DNA of 64,000 nucleotides from an uncultured Terrimonas sp. (lineage in GTDB: Bacteria; Bacteroidota; Bacteroidia; Chitinophagales; Chitinophagaceae). Of the stretch, positions 47,353 through 57,740 are shown in pieces. The translations under genes were made by a program, and so were the position numbers. Below the pieces are notes generated by a model, which saw nothing but the letters and a program-made list of their open reading frames with translations, searched no databases and was not told where the DNA came from. Each line of letters starts with the position of its first letter. Within the stretch, counting starts at the first letter, position 1. Location: positions 4,299 to 68,298 of the forward strand of contig CAZREP010000002.1 of assembly GCA_964599035.1 (NCBI GenBank), given 5' to 3'.

Positions 47353-49089
47353 CTACAACCTAAATGATTTGGCAGCATCATATGATTCCTGCCCTACCGT
47401 ATCTGTGCCTCCCTTAAATCCGGGCCCCCCGGCCGCTACATAACCGTGACTTGCACCATTTTGATCGGGGCTGACCCAGAAGGAATATAACTTTCCGCTT
47501 TTTAACTGGAACCGGAACCGTACCGGCTTTCCGATCAATGCACTAAGATCATCTACTCCTTTCCAGTTTACCCGCTGTATAGTACTATCTGCCGAAACCG
47601 CTTCACAGTGTCCAAATGTAAAGGGAGATATTGCCCGGTTTTTTTCATCTGTAATCTCAACCTTTAGTTCGCCGCCCTTACAATCTGCGTTTACAAAAAG
47701 ATATTTACCTTTAAACGTAACGGGTCTTGTCAATAACATGCCCCCTTTGCTATCTGCATTCATTGATGCAAAGCCATCCCGCCGCAATACGGCAATGCCG
47801 GTACTTCCAAATGAGTGCATGCCATTCTTTACATATACGCTGCTTTTCTTGGACTGATCTCCTTTAAACCCTATATAATAAAACCAAAGCTGATCGCCAA
47901 CTACAGCGCATATTCCTCCTACGGACTGTACGTAACCGCGATCCCAGGATCCTTCTGTTCTTGTTGCATTGATAAAAACATCCCTGTTAGGACGATCCCA
48001 ATGAAACCCATCTCGGCTGAATGAAATTTTAAGTTCAGTGATCTTAGGCGTAGCATTTTCCAGGCATATTTTGTTGTCTGGCCCAAGATGTACCTGATGC
48101 AGCCCCAGCATAATACTCTCGTACCCTACCGCTGACAGATTATACAGTTGTGCCTTGTCGCCAATAGCAGGATCCGGAAGATCCAGTTTGTCCGCCCCTG
48201 TCCAGAAGACAATATCTTTAATATTCCATTGTGCACCTTTCAGAAAATCGTCATGCTCATAGTAATAACGGGAACGGCCAATCGGGGATTTTCCGTATTG
48301 CCCGGTATTGCGCAGGCTATATACCCATTTTTTCCGGAAAGGATTATAGAAGATAGTAGTTCTGTCTCCACAAATACCTGTTTCCACTTTCTTTTTCCAA
48401 TGAATACCATCTGAAGAAACCATCGCATACCCGGTATAAATATGCTTTTTTGCACCGGGTATGTCATTGGGCGGTCTAAGAAACATTTTAAGCCGTTCTT
48501 CCGGGTTGTCCGTAAAATGATCAAGAAAAACAGTACTGGAGTCTGCGATAATATCCGGAATAATCACATTGGTACCTGCATCCATCTCCAGTTCAGGTCT
48601 ATCCCAATGAATGCCATTCTTACTTGTAGCATAAGCCATTTTGTAAAGCCATCCTGCTTCGTACCAAACTTTAAATAACTGGTCTTTCGGATCCCACCAT
48701 ACGCCACCGTCTTTTGCATTTGCACCGGGGATGCCCCAGGGCCCCTGTTCCACCCATGTTTCCGGCTTTAATACAGGATTACTGTTAAGCTTGCGGGCGT
48801 TGTAAAACTGTCTTTTCAGCGAGCTTTTTTCTATCAAAAAATCATCGACAAGTAGCTGGCGGCCAACATCTATGGGAATAACCGTTGGAGGATTTCTGAG
48901 ATAAGGTACGTTCATAGGTTCATAATTACCAGGATCAATACCTTTGGGCGGCCAATCAGAAGGCAACCTTATACCATTATATAACAATTCTCCTGGCTCT
49001 GAAAAATTAAAGAATTCCTCTTTAGGTAATATCAGTCCTGTCAATCCCAATGCAGAAGTATTCTTTATAAAATCACGACGGTTTATCAT
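47353..49089 (-). CDS. Tat-exported beta-propeller glycoside hydrolase-like protein
   Basis: NRRDFIK Tat motif, GRQLLVDDFLI, repeated S.DG.HW motifs, SWDRG and LRRDGFAS. Confidence 0.75.
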   Translation of the reverse strand: MINRRDFIKNTSALGLTGLILPKEEFFNFSEPGELLYNGIRLPSDWPPKGIDPGNYEPMNVPYLRNPPTVIPIDVGRQLLVDDFLIEKSSLKRQFYNARKLNSNPVLKPETWVEQGPWGIPGANAKDGGVWWDPKDQLFKVWYEAGWLYKMAYATSKNGIHWDRPELEMDAGTNVIIPDIIADSSTVFLDHFTDNPEERLKMFLRPPNDIPGAKKHIYTGYAMVSSDGIHWKKKVETGICGDRTTIFYNPFRKKWVYSLRNTGQYGKSPIGRSRYYYEHDDFLKGAQWNIKDIVFWTGADKLDLPDPAIGDKAQLYNLSAVGYESIMLGLHQVHLGPDNKICLENATPKITELKISFSRDGFHWDRPNRDVFINATRTEGSWDRGYVQSVGGICAVVGDQLWFYYIGFKGDQSKKSSVYVKNGMHSFGSTGIAVLRRDGFASMNADSKGGMLLTRPVTFKGKYLFVNADCKGGELKVEITDEKNRAISPFTFGHCEAVSADSTIQRVNWKGVDDLSALIGKPVRFRFQLKSGKLYSFWVSPDQNGASHGYVAAGGPGFKGGTDTVGQESYDAAKSFRL

Positions 49090-49108
49090 AAAAATAATTT
49101 TGTTTTTG

Positions 49109-50353
49109 TTACGAAATGGTAAGGATCTTTTTAGGTCTTAAAAAAACTATTTGAATAACGAATGCTGTCAGCACAATAACAGCAAGCATGGCAAAATCCC
49201 TGCCCAGGTTTCCGGCATCAGTAGATTTGCCGAGCAGATCGGTAACCATTGCCCCGGCAAAAATGCCGCTCATATTCATAATACCATAAGCAGTTGCCCT
49301 GATGTGTGGAGAAACGAATTGATACAGAATGGGCATGTTATTGGCGTCGAACATGCCAAAGCCTATACCAAAGCAGCAGCCTGCCAGTACAGTAGCAGCA
49401 ATGGATTGCCCATAACCGATCAGCAGCAAAGCCGGCACCATTAAGAAAAGTCCGATACCGCTTGTATACACCCTGCCCCTGATGTTTTTTTGAAGCCATC
49501 TGTCTGACAATATGCCGCCAAAAATTACTCCTGTAAAAGAAGAGGCAGCAATAGTAAGGGTAGCTAATGGGCCGGCTACTGCGATATCCAGCGAAAGCTT
49601 ATCTGCAAATAAGGTAGGCAGCCAGTTTTTGGTAGCCCACCCCGGAAGACATGGTACTGCGAAACAAAAAAGGATAAGCCAGAAATAAATGTTGGTGAAC
49701 AACAGCTTTAATCCCGCAAAAAAGGGAATGGCGGGTTGCTTTTCAGCCTGGTGATCTGATGCGGCATCAGGATTCCGGCCGGTGTCTTTTAAAAACAACA
49801 GCAACACGACAGCATAGGCTATGCCTATAAATCCAAAACTATGAAAAGTTGCATGCCAGGAATATTGCGCCGCGATAGTAGCCCCAAAACCACCCAGCGC
49901 CTGACCGAAGTATAAGCCTGTCATATGAATACCTATGGCCAGCGACCTTGATTTATTGGGATGGAAATCCGCTATCAGCGAAAGCCCGGCAGGCATATAC
50001 AGCGCCTCACTTACACCCATTACCGCTCTAAGCCAGTAAAGTTGTTTAAATGTAGTAGCATATCCCATTGAAAAGGTTACGGCCGACCATACAAACAGGC
50101 TTCCAACGATAAGCCATTTACGGTTGATCTTATCTGCAATAATGCCTGATATTGGATTGACCAGCCCGTACACCCAAAGAAATATACCCATCAGGTACCC
50201 GAACATGGTGGCAGATTGTAATTCCACAATATCAACCTGCATAGAGGTTTTCATGGTGGCAAGCATCTGCCTGTCAAGGTAATTGAGCAAGGCTACCACC
50301 CATAGTAGCGCGACTACTATCCACTTGTAGTTCTTTCTACTTTGAAATGGCAT
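49109..50353 (-). CDS. MFS transporter, Bacteroidota NanT (sialic acid transporter)-like
   Basis: WIVVALLWVVALLNYLDRQML, LQSATMFG, GWATKNWLPTLF and FDANNMPIL, which I recognise from Bacteroides NanT-type transporters. Confidence 0.8.
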   Translation of the reverse strand: MPFQSRKNYKWIVVALLWVVALLNYLDRQMLATMKTSMQVDIVELQSATMFGYLMGIFLWVYGLVNPISGIIADKINRKWLIVGSLFVWSAVTFSMGYATTFKQLYWLRAVMGVSEALYMPAGLSLIADFHPNKSRSLAIGIHMTGLYFGQALGGFGATIAAQYSWHATFHSFGFIGIAYAVVLLLFLKDTGRNPDAASDHQAEKQPAIPFFAGLKLLFTNIYFWLILFCFAVPCLPGWATKNWLPTLFADKLSLDIAVAGPLATLTIAASSFTGVIFGGILSDRWLQKNIRGRVYTSGIGLFLMVPALLLIGYGQSIAATVLAGCCFGIGFGMFDANNMPILYQFVSPHIRATAYGIMNMSGIFAGAMVTDLLGKSTDAGNLGRDFAMLAVIVLTAFVIQIVFLRPKKILTIS

Positions 50354-50361
50354 TATAATAT

Positions 50362-52077
50362 TTATTCATTTTTAAATAAAGAACGGGAAAATTCTGCTCC
50401 TTTTTTCAGCACTGCCTTCTGGGCAGGATCGACAAATATGGTATTATCATTATTGTCCATTAAAATATCAACCGTTGTACCTTTGAATATATTTCCGGTA
50501 ACGGATACATCTTTCCCATTCTTTTCAAACTGAATCACACCTGCGGCATTCGGTCCCGTGGTAAATATGTTATCTTTAAGAATTACCGGGCCATATTCAG
50601 CTCCCTTTTGGTAAGTTGTAAAGTATATCTCAGGAAAGCTTTGCCATCCTCCTGTTTTAAAATCTCGTCTTCCTGTTTTTGGATCATGAGCGCCCTTTGT
50701 TGTATTGTTTACAAATACATTATTCTGTATAATAATGTTTTTAGGTTGATTTATCCAACTTCCACGCCCGCCGTTTCTAAATATATTACCTGTAACAGTA
50801 ACGTTTTCGTTCGACCTTTCAATACTTACTGTTCTCGATCCATTCGTTCCATCAACCGTATTTCCCACTACAGTTGAATTTTTACAATGGTCTGCAATGA
50901 AAAATGCGCCCATCCTTGCTCCCAGAATGTGATTGTTTGCAAATACATTATTATAACTTTTTTGAATATGCATAGCGTCACCCAACGCACTTATCCGGCA
51001 GCCAATAATTTGAGTATTCATACAGCCAACCAAATCTATACAGCCTTTACCAAGTCCTGCGTTTATAGGAGCAAATTGATAAAATAGCTTTCTTACATTA
51101 TTGATAATTTTTACATTAGGGCCTCCACTATCATTAAAAACAAGCTTCTCACCAGTTTCATTTTCGCTAATTTCAATATACCTGGCAGAAGCCTCTGTTA
51201 CATAATATCGTTTTCCTTTTATAATATTTGAGGGAAGTTTGTCATTATAAAAGCATATTTCTGCCCCCTTATTCATTAAAAGTTTAGCATTATCCTGTGT
51301 TTCTATATTGTTTAAGTATACTCTGCTATTACCTTTTTTTATTACTATTCCACTAATCAACATACTATTGTCAAAATAATTTAGAGCCATTTTTATCTCT
51401 TCTTTAGTATGGTCTTCGGGGAATACGGTTATCTGCCAGAGATATCCATAATCCCACATAAACTTTCCAGAATTTATAAGATTACAGTTTTCAACCGAAA
51501 TGTTAGTTGCAAAATTTTCGGGAACGATGTTATCGCTACTAATATATCCATTAACATTCACCACTGAACCGGCGATCTTATCGGACTGTATATCCCTGAA
51601 GGTAAGGTTGTCTGTTTTTCCGCCTTTGCTGGTTTTAATTACAATGATTCTTGTATTAACGTTTGGCTCCCAGGTATTTTTCAGATTTGCAGGATCAAAG
51701 CAGTATCCCTGAAAAAAACCTCCAAACCAGGAAAAATTTACTATATCGGTTCCTTCAAAAAGCACGATTCGGGCTTGGTCTCCTAAATTTTCAGGCAGGA
51801 ATATATTAGCTCCATACGCAAAAATGGTAGAATTTGAAACAAGTGATATTGATATATCACCTTTTAAAAAATAATTACCAGGAGGAATTGTAATATTTCC
51901 CCCTCCAGCCTTTTGCACATCGGCAAATAGCAATTGAAAGGCCCTGGTGTCATCTGATGAACTATTTCCTGCGGGGCGATAAGCGCTTAGATTAAAATTT
52001 TTATTCCACGAATTTTGAGCACTGAGGAACGGAACAATGCCGGCAATGACTATAAAAAACGAAAATATTTTTTTCAT
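50362..52077 (-). CDS. Secreted right-handed parallel beta-helix protein (putative CAZyme)
   Basis: Signal peptide, DDTRAFQ..GGGNITIPPGNY start, and repeated I..N.F/V..N beta-helix coils. Confidence 0.75.
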   Translation of the reverse strand: MKKIFSFFIVIAGIVPFLSAQNSWNKNFNLSAYRPAGNSSSDDTRAFQLLFADVQKAGGGNITIPPGNYFLKGDISISLVSNSTIFAYGANIFLPENLGDQARIVLFEGTDIVNFSWFGGFFQGYCFDPANLKNTWEPNVNTRIIVIKTSKGGKTDNLTFRDIQSDKIAGSVVNVNGYISSDNIVPENFATNISVENCNLINSGKFMWDYGYLWQITVFPEDHTKEEIKMALNYFDNSMLISGIVIKKGNSRVYLNNIETQDNAKLLMNKGAEICFYNDKLPSNIIKGKRYYVTEASARYIEISENETGEKLVFNDSGGPNVKIINNVRKLFYQFAPINAGLGKGCIDLVGCMNTQIIGCRISALGDAMHIQKSYNNVFANNHILGARMGAFFIADHCKNSTVVGNTVDGTNGSRTVSIERSNENVTVTGNIFRNGGRGSWINQPKNIIIQNNVFVNNTTKGAHDPKTGRRDFKTGGWQSFPEIYFTTYQKGAEYGPVILKDNIFTTGPNAAGVIQFEKNGKDVSVTGNIFKGTTVDILMDNNDNTIFVDPAQKAVLKKGAEFSRSLFKNE

Positions 52078-52133
52078 TTTCTGCTAATTTTAATACTCAA
52101 TTAGAAATTTCAATATTTGGATACATTTTTATT

Positions 52134-53018
52134 CTATTGACTCAATGTAATTTCACAACTTTCTAAGAATGTAATGGTTTGTGAAATTGCCTCTTCATAG
52201 TAGCTTTTTTCAAACATCATATATCCATGGATTCCACCTCCCTTAACAATCAAACTACACTTGTTTCCGGCTTTAATCATTGCGTCCTTAAAGTTTTTCG
52301 CTCCATTGAACGGCGTTACTTTATCAGAAGTGCCATGAAAAAGAAGAGTAGGTGGTAGTCCCTCTTTTACATTATGTAAGGGAGATAGTTTACGCCACTG
52401 TTCACCAATTTTGTTAGTACCATAGCCTTCTGGAGAAGTATCTATAACGGGGTAATACAATACTAACACATTGGGTATGGCCGAAATATCCATTGGGTCC
52501 GTAACTTCATTAACCGTATCGAACAAAGCAGTACCGGCTGCAATGTGTGCGCCTGCAGATCCACCAGACACAATAATTTGCCGGGGATCCACTTCTAATT
52601 CTTTTGCATGTTGCCTCACATACCTGACAACAGAGCGGCCGTCCCTCACGCAATCAAATACTGTAGTTCCCGCAGCGGAGTCGATAAACCGGTATTCAGC
52701 ACTAATTCCAACCATACCTCTTTTGACAAATTCATAAACTATGGGATAAAACCTCCTTGGTTCTCCATTAATCCACCCTCCCCCATGAAACGCAATAAAA
52801 CAAGGACGTCTGTCACTTTTTCTGAAACCATCCGGGGCGAAAAGATGCAAGCGCAATTCTCTTCCTTTTACCTTCTTGTAAACAATCTTTTTATCAGGCT
52901 CAAGCTTAGCTGCAAGTCCTGCTGCATAATCGTTCGCTGCAGGTACTTGCCCATAGCACACAGCCATAGTGAAGCTGAAAATTATTAAAAGGTAAAGAAG
53001 GATTAAAACTTTATTCAT
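52134..53018 (-). CDS. Secreted alpha/beta hydrolase (HSL-type esterase)
   Basis: FHGGGW, GGSAG, HGTSD and HG. Confidence 0.88.
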   Translation of the reverse strand: MNKVLILLYLLIIFSFTMAVCYGQVPAANDYAAGLAAKLEPDKKIVYKKVKGRELRLHLFAPDGFRKSDRRPCFIAFHGGGWINGEPRRFYPIVYEFVKRGMVGISAEYRFIDSAAGTTVFDCVRDGRSVVRYVRQHAKELEVDPRQIIVSGGSAGAHIAAGTALFDTVNEVTDPMDISAIPNVLVLYYPVIDTSPEGYGTNKIGEQWRKLSPLHNVKEGLPPTLLFHGTSDKVTPFNGAKNFKDAMIKAGNKCSLIVKGGGIHGYMMFEKSYYEEAISQTITFLESCEITLSQ

Positions 53019-53023
53019 TGTTT

Positions 53024-54697
53024 TTAGTATCCATTATTTTGTTCCAGGTTACTATTGATATCAATTTCGAACTGGGGAATTGGCCACAAATAATTTTTAT
53101 CCTTATTAAACACTCGCTGTTCTATAACCCTCATTTCTGAATGATTTGAAACGTTTGCATAATCTGGAGTACCATTTTGATCTACTACAGGAGCTGCGTT
53201 TAGTAATCCTCTGGGTATACGACCATACAATGGGCCATTTAACACGTTCTCAGCAATTCTCCATCGTCTTATATCATAAAGCCTGAAACCTTCAAATGCC
53301 AATTCCGATTTTCTTTCTATTCTTACAATTGACCTGAGCTGTTCCTGTGTTTTTCCAATCTCAACCGGCGGCATATCAACTCTTTCTCTTAATTCATTTA
53401 TCGCGTCATAAACAGATTGATCAATATTGTTAGCCTCTATTTTTGCCTCTGCATAGTTCAACAACACTTCAGCATATCGCATTAGTATAATATCCGTTTC
53501 AGAGAGGAGTAAATAGCTGGGATCCCTCAAATCACCATACTTACGCCAACAGTACCCTGAAAAAGAGGCGAAGGCGTTTATGGCGTCTTGGTTTGCCACC
53601 CGAACAGCAGGGGTTACATTATAATTCCAACATTGAAGACTATCCTTGTGAGTTTCGTATTGATAACCATTAAAAATTGATCCAGGTACAACACAGCTAA
53701 AGTCCAGCCTCGGATCGCGATTAACATAGGGATGCTGTGGATCATAAAGGGGAGACTGGTCAATTGTTAATCCGTCAGAACACAAATACGAATCTATCAT
53801 CGATTGAGAAGGAATAAGTCCTGCAAACCCGGATGACATTCGTGGAGCTACCCATCGGGGGCCAAGGTGTGTTTTAACGCCTTGTTTGTATTGGAGCATC
53901 AGCATTATCTCCTTTGACCCTGATTGCCTTTCCTTCAGGTATAAGGATGGATAATCAGGCTCAAGTCCGTAAACTGGCAGATCCATAACTCTTTTTGCGG
54001 CATTAGCGGCTTCATCCCATTTGTTATTAAAGAGCGCTATTCTCGATTTTAAAGCAAGTGCAACGCCTTTTGTAATCCGTCCTATTTCATCCGGCTTTGT
54101 ATAATTTAATGGTAGTACCTGCGCTGCAGATTCCAGATCATTCATGATAAAATCAGCAATTTCTGCTTTGGAGCTCTTATTCATATAGCTTTCATCTAAT
54201 TCCAAAACTTTTGTTACCAAAGGAACATCTCCAAACATCTCTGTCAGATGATAGTAAAAATATGCTCTTAAAGACTTGGCCTCGGCAACAATTTGATCTA
54301 CCCTGGCTTGATTCTTTACTTCCGCTATGCCGGATACATTATCCAATATATAATTAGCCCTTTGAACGCCTGTGTAAAAATGCCTCCATAAGTTAAGAAT
54401 AATGGGATTACTCGCATCTGCGCTACCGTTTCCGAGAAACTGAAAGTTGGTTAAAGCCCTTGAATAACCTATGTCTGAAGCAAGGTCGAGGTGTACTTCA
54501 ACTGGAAGGTCGTAGTCAACAGCATACCACAACTTACTATATGCTCCATTAATTGCAAGTTCGAGTTCTTCTTCTGTTTTTAGAAAAGAGGCGACAGAGG
54601 GTCTGTCAATAGGTTCTTTATTCAGATAATCTTTATCACATGACATGAACAGATAGCAAATAGCTAGAGATGTCAGTTTAATAATTAAGCGGTTCAT
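53024..54697 (-). CDS. SusD/RagB lipoprotein
   Basis: LFMSC lipobox, AEAKSLRAY, ERKSELAFEGFRLYDIRRW and QNNGY. Confidence 0.95.
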   Translation of the reverse strand: MNRLIIKLTSLAICYLFMSCDKDYLNKEPIDRPSVASFLKTEEELELAINGAYSKLWYAVDYDLPVEVHLDLASDIGYSRALTNFQFLGNGSADASNPIILNLWRHFYTGVQRANYILDNVSGIAEVKNQARVDQIVAEAKSLRAYFYYHLTEMFGDVPLVTKVLELDESYMNKSSKAEIADFIMNDLESAAQVLPLNYTKPDEIGRITKGVALALKSRIALFNNKWDEAANAAKRVMDLPVYGLEPDYPSLYLKERQSGSKEIMLMLQYKQGVKTHLGPRWVAPRMSSGFAGLIPSQSMIDSYLCSDGLTIDQSPLYDPQHPYVNRDPRLDFSCVVPGSIFNGYQYETHKDSLQCWNYNVTPAVRVANQDAINAFASFSGYCWRKYGDLRDPSYLLLSETDIILMRYAEVLLNYAEAKIEANNIDQSVYDAINELRERVDMPPVEIGKTQEQLRSIVRIERKSELAFEGFRLYDIRRWRIAENVLNGPLYGRIPRGLLNAAPVVDQNGTPDYANVSNHSEMRVIEQRVFNKDKNYLWPIPQFEIDINSNLEQNNGY

Positions 54698-54709
54698 GGT
54701 AGAAGTAAT

Positions 54710-57709
54710 TTAAAAGTTTACATTGATCCCAACAGAATAAGTTTTCACCTGAGGGTAATAGTCTCCAATTCCAACCGGTGCCTCTACGTCAAAACCATCC
54801 CAAAATTTGTCAAGAGTAAATAAGTTCTGTCCCGAAGCGTAGATTCTTATTTGTTTGAGCCTAGTAAATTTTAGAATATTTTCATCCAGCGTATATCCAA
54901 TCTGAATATTTTTCATTCTCATATAAGAAGCATCCTTAATCCAGAAAGAAGAGTTTTGAATATTATTAGATTCATTGAAGGTTAAACTTGGAAATAATGC
55001 GTTAAGATTATCCGGTGTCCAATAGTTTTTATGCATTTCCAGCGCTGTAGAACCATTATTAAAAGGCATAATTGCCGTTCCATATAAGTAGCCATTGGCT
55101 TTACCTACGCCTTGCAATAAAAAAGAAAAGTCAACATTTTTCCAGTTAAGATTACTACCAAGGCTAAAAGTATATCTCGGAATCTGATTGCCAATGATCT
55201 TTCTGTCGTTGCCATCTATTGTATTATCACCGTTTAGGTCCTTATACTTAATACCACCTGGAATAACATTCCCAAATTGCGTGGGAGATGAAGTGATCTC
55301 TTCGGCGCTTTGGAAATACCCTGTTGCTTCATATCCATAAAACGAATTCATTGGATATCCTTCAAAGTTGACAACTAAGCCTTCGATATTTACACCTTTC
55401 AAATCAATAATTTTATTTTTTACATCAGATAGCGTTCCGTAGAGCCTGTAAGAGAAGTTCTTTAACCTTCCTCTGTATCCTATACTTAAATCCCAGCCAT
55501 TATTATCAACTATACCGGCATTTTGATATGGAGCAGTTAGCCCAATAATAGAAGGAACATCTAACCTCAACAAAATTCCATCCGTTCTTTTGCGATAATA
55601 GTCAAATGAAAAAGATAATCTGTCCCACAGTTCAGCATCAACACCTATATTCAGCATTTTAGACGACTCCCACGAAATATTAGGATTTGCCATTTCAGTG
55701 GGTGTTAGTCCGTTTATGTTCACACCATTTAATGAATGAAGCGTAGCGCTGAGAAAAGCGTCATAAGGATAAGTCCCTATATTTTGATTGCCTAACTTTC
55801 CCCAGGAAGCACGCAACTTAAGATCATTTACAACCGGACTTAAATTACTCCAGAATTCTTCCTGTGATAATCGCCAACCAGCAGAAAATGATGGGAAGAA
55901 TCCAAATTTGCGACCTTCGGCAAATCTTGAGGAACCGTCATACCGAAAATTGGCCTCAAATAAATATTTTCCTTTCAGGTCGTAGTTTAATCTACCGAAT
56001 AAAGATCTTAGCGACCAATCGGATCCCGACCCCGCAGTTTGCTGGTTACCGGAACCGCCGGCATTTAGGACATCATAACGCGGCAATACAAAATTGTCAC
56101 GAAATGCCGAATACCATCTGTGTTTGTAACTTTCCTGAGATGCCCCGAGTAATATTTTAAGATTATGATCTGAAAATGTTTTTCGGTAATTAAGCGTTCC
56201 CCATGTATTATTCTGAAAGTATCTGTTGTTTGATTGAAGGAGACTGGCCACCTGCGAACCGGGAGCAAACAAATCACCATTGGGGTAGTATGTATTTGCG
56301 ATCGTTTTAAAGTTTTTTCTGTCCTCTTCCCAGAAATGAGGAGTAAAATTGAAGTCAAGATACAGGTCGTCCAGGAAATCATATGTAAACCCAAGCGTTG
56401 GCATAATGGATGGTGAATTTGTACGGTTATATCCTCCGTCATTCAAAACGGAGAGGGGGTTACTTCCTGTAGATGGGGCAGCATAGCCAAAAGAATAGCG
56501 CGTTGGTTCAATCGAAGCCAGGTGGTTAGTGTAAAACAGTACCGGCTGCACCCCGACACCAGGCTCATCTGTATCCATAAATCTGATAAAAAAATCTGCT
56601 TTGACTTTCAATTTTGAAGAAATCTTTATATCTGAATTCAGCCGGAGTGAATATCTCTTAAACCCTGTATTGTTAAAAATTCCCTGTTGATCGTAGTAAC
56701 CTAAAGATCCCATAATTTTAACGCGATCAGTTCCCCCGCTAAAATCTATAGAGTGATTTTGTGTAAGCCCATTACGGGTATATATTTCTTTGAACCAGTC
56801 GGTATCGGGATATAATGTTGGATCAGTTGCATGCATTGACGGATAGTTTTTTATATAATCCTCCTCGAAAACCGGAGATCGTCCAATATTTGTATTGGCT
56901 AAATTGATCATAGTCATATGATCTACTGCATTTACCCGTTGTTTCAGATCGGTTGGTTTTTGAATACTAACGTAGCTGGAATAGTTAATGGAGAACTTTC
57001 CACTACTGCCTCTTTTGGTAGTAATTAATATAACCCCGTTTGCTGCCCTTGTACCATAAATAGATGCCGAAGCTGCATCTTTTAGTACAGTTATACTTTC
57101 AATAATATTTGGATCAACATTGTTGATATCATTCGGAACTCCATCTACCAATATTAATGGATTAGCATCACCCAGGGTACCTATGCCTCTTAACCGGATT
57201 GTTCCGCCGTCTTTACCCGGTTGACCGGAGCTCTGAGTTACAGTAAGCCCTGGAGCCATTCCCTGTAAGGCCATCGATGTTTGTCCTACCTGCCTGCTTG
57301 CAATGTCTTTTCCTGATATTACAGCAACAGATCCTGTAAGATTTGCCTTCTTTTGAGTTGAATATCCCACTACTACTATTTGCTCCAGTTGACCTGAACT
57401 TTGTGTCATCACAACAGTTAATTCATCAGTACCTAAAACAGTCAGCTCCTGTTTCTCGTAACCGGTTGCGGTAATCACGATAATACTGTTTAGCTGCGCC
57501 TCAATAGAGAAATGCCCCAGGGCATTAGTAGAGGAGCCCACATTGCTTTTTTGCACAACAACGCTGGCACCCTCTATCGGCTCACCTGTAGAGGATTTTA
57601 CAACTCCCTTTACTGTAATCTTTGCCTGCGAGAAAGCAAAGAGAGTGCAGAAAACAAGCGTGGCTGATAGCCAGGCTCTTCCTGTTTTTTTCATGCATGA
57701 CATAAGCAT
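54710..57709 (-). CDS. SusC/RagA TonB-dependent transporter
   Basis: VVVGYSTQKK, LKDAASASIYGTRAANGVILITTKRG, RYDGSSRF and C-terminal F. Confidence 0.96.
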   Translation of the reverse strand: MLMSCMKKTGRAWLSATLVFCTLFAFSQAKITVKGVVKSSTGEPIEGASVVVQKSNVGSSTNALGHFSIEAQLNSIIVITATGYEKQELTVLGTDELTVVMTQSSGQLEQIVVVGYSTQKKANLTGSVAVISGKDIASRQVGQTSMALQGMAPGLTVTQSSGQPGKDGGTIRLRGIGTLGDANPLILVDGVPNDINNVDPNIIESITVLKDAASASIYGTRAANGVILITTKRGSSGKFSINYSSYVSIQKPTDLKQRVNAVDHMTMINLANTNIGRSPVFEEDYIKNYPSMHATDPTLYPDTDWFKEIYTRNGLTQNHSIDFSGGTDRVKIMGSLGYYDQQGIFNNTGFKRYSLRLNSDIKISSKLKVKADFFIRFMDTDEPGVGVQPVLFYTNHLASIEPTRYSFGYAAPSTGSNPLSVLNDGGYNRTNSPSIMPTLGFTYDFLDDLYLDFNFTPHFWEEDRKNFKTIANTYYPNGDLFAPGSQVASLLQSNNRYFQNNTWGTLNYRKTFSDHNLKILLGASQESYKHRWYSAFRDNFVLPRYDVLNAGGSGNQQTAGSGSDWSLRSLFGRLNYDLKGKYLFEANFRYDGSSRFAEGRKFGFFPSFSAGWRLSQEEFWSNLSPVVNDLKLRASWGKLGNQNIGTYPYDAFLSATLHSLNGVNINGLTPTEMANPNISWESSKMLNIGVDAELWDRLSFSFDYYRKRTDGILLRLDVPSIIGLTAPYQNAGIVDNNGWDLSIGYRGRLKNFSYRLYGTLSDVKNKIIDLKGVNIEGLVVNFEGYPMNSFYGYEATGYFQSAEEITSSPTQFGNVIPGGIKYKDLNGDNTIDGNDRKIIGNQIPRYTFSLGSNLNWKNVDFSFLLQGVGKANGYLYGTAIMPFNNGSTALEMHKNYWTPDNLNALFPSLTFNESNNIQNSSFWIKDASYMRMKNIQIGYTLDENILKFTRLKQIRIYASGQNLFTLDKFWDGFDVEAPVGIGDYYPQVKTYSVGINVNF

Positions 57710-57740
57710 CGTTTAAGGTTTTAAGTGGTTTATAATTAAT

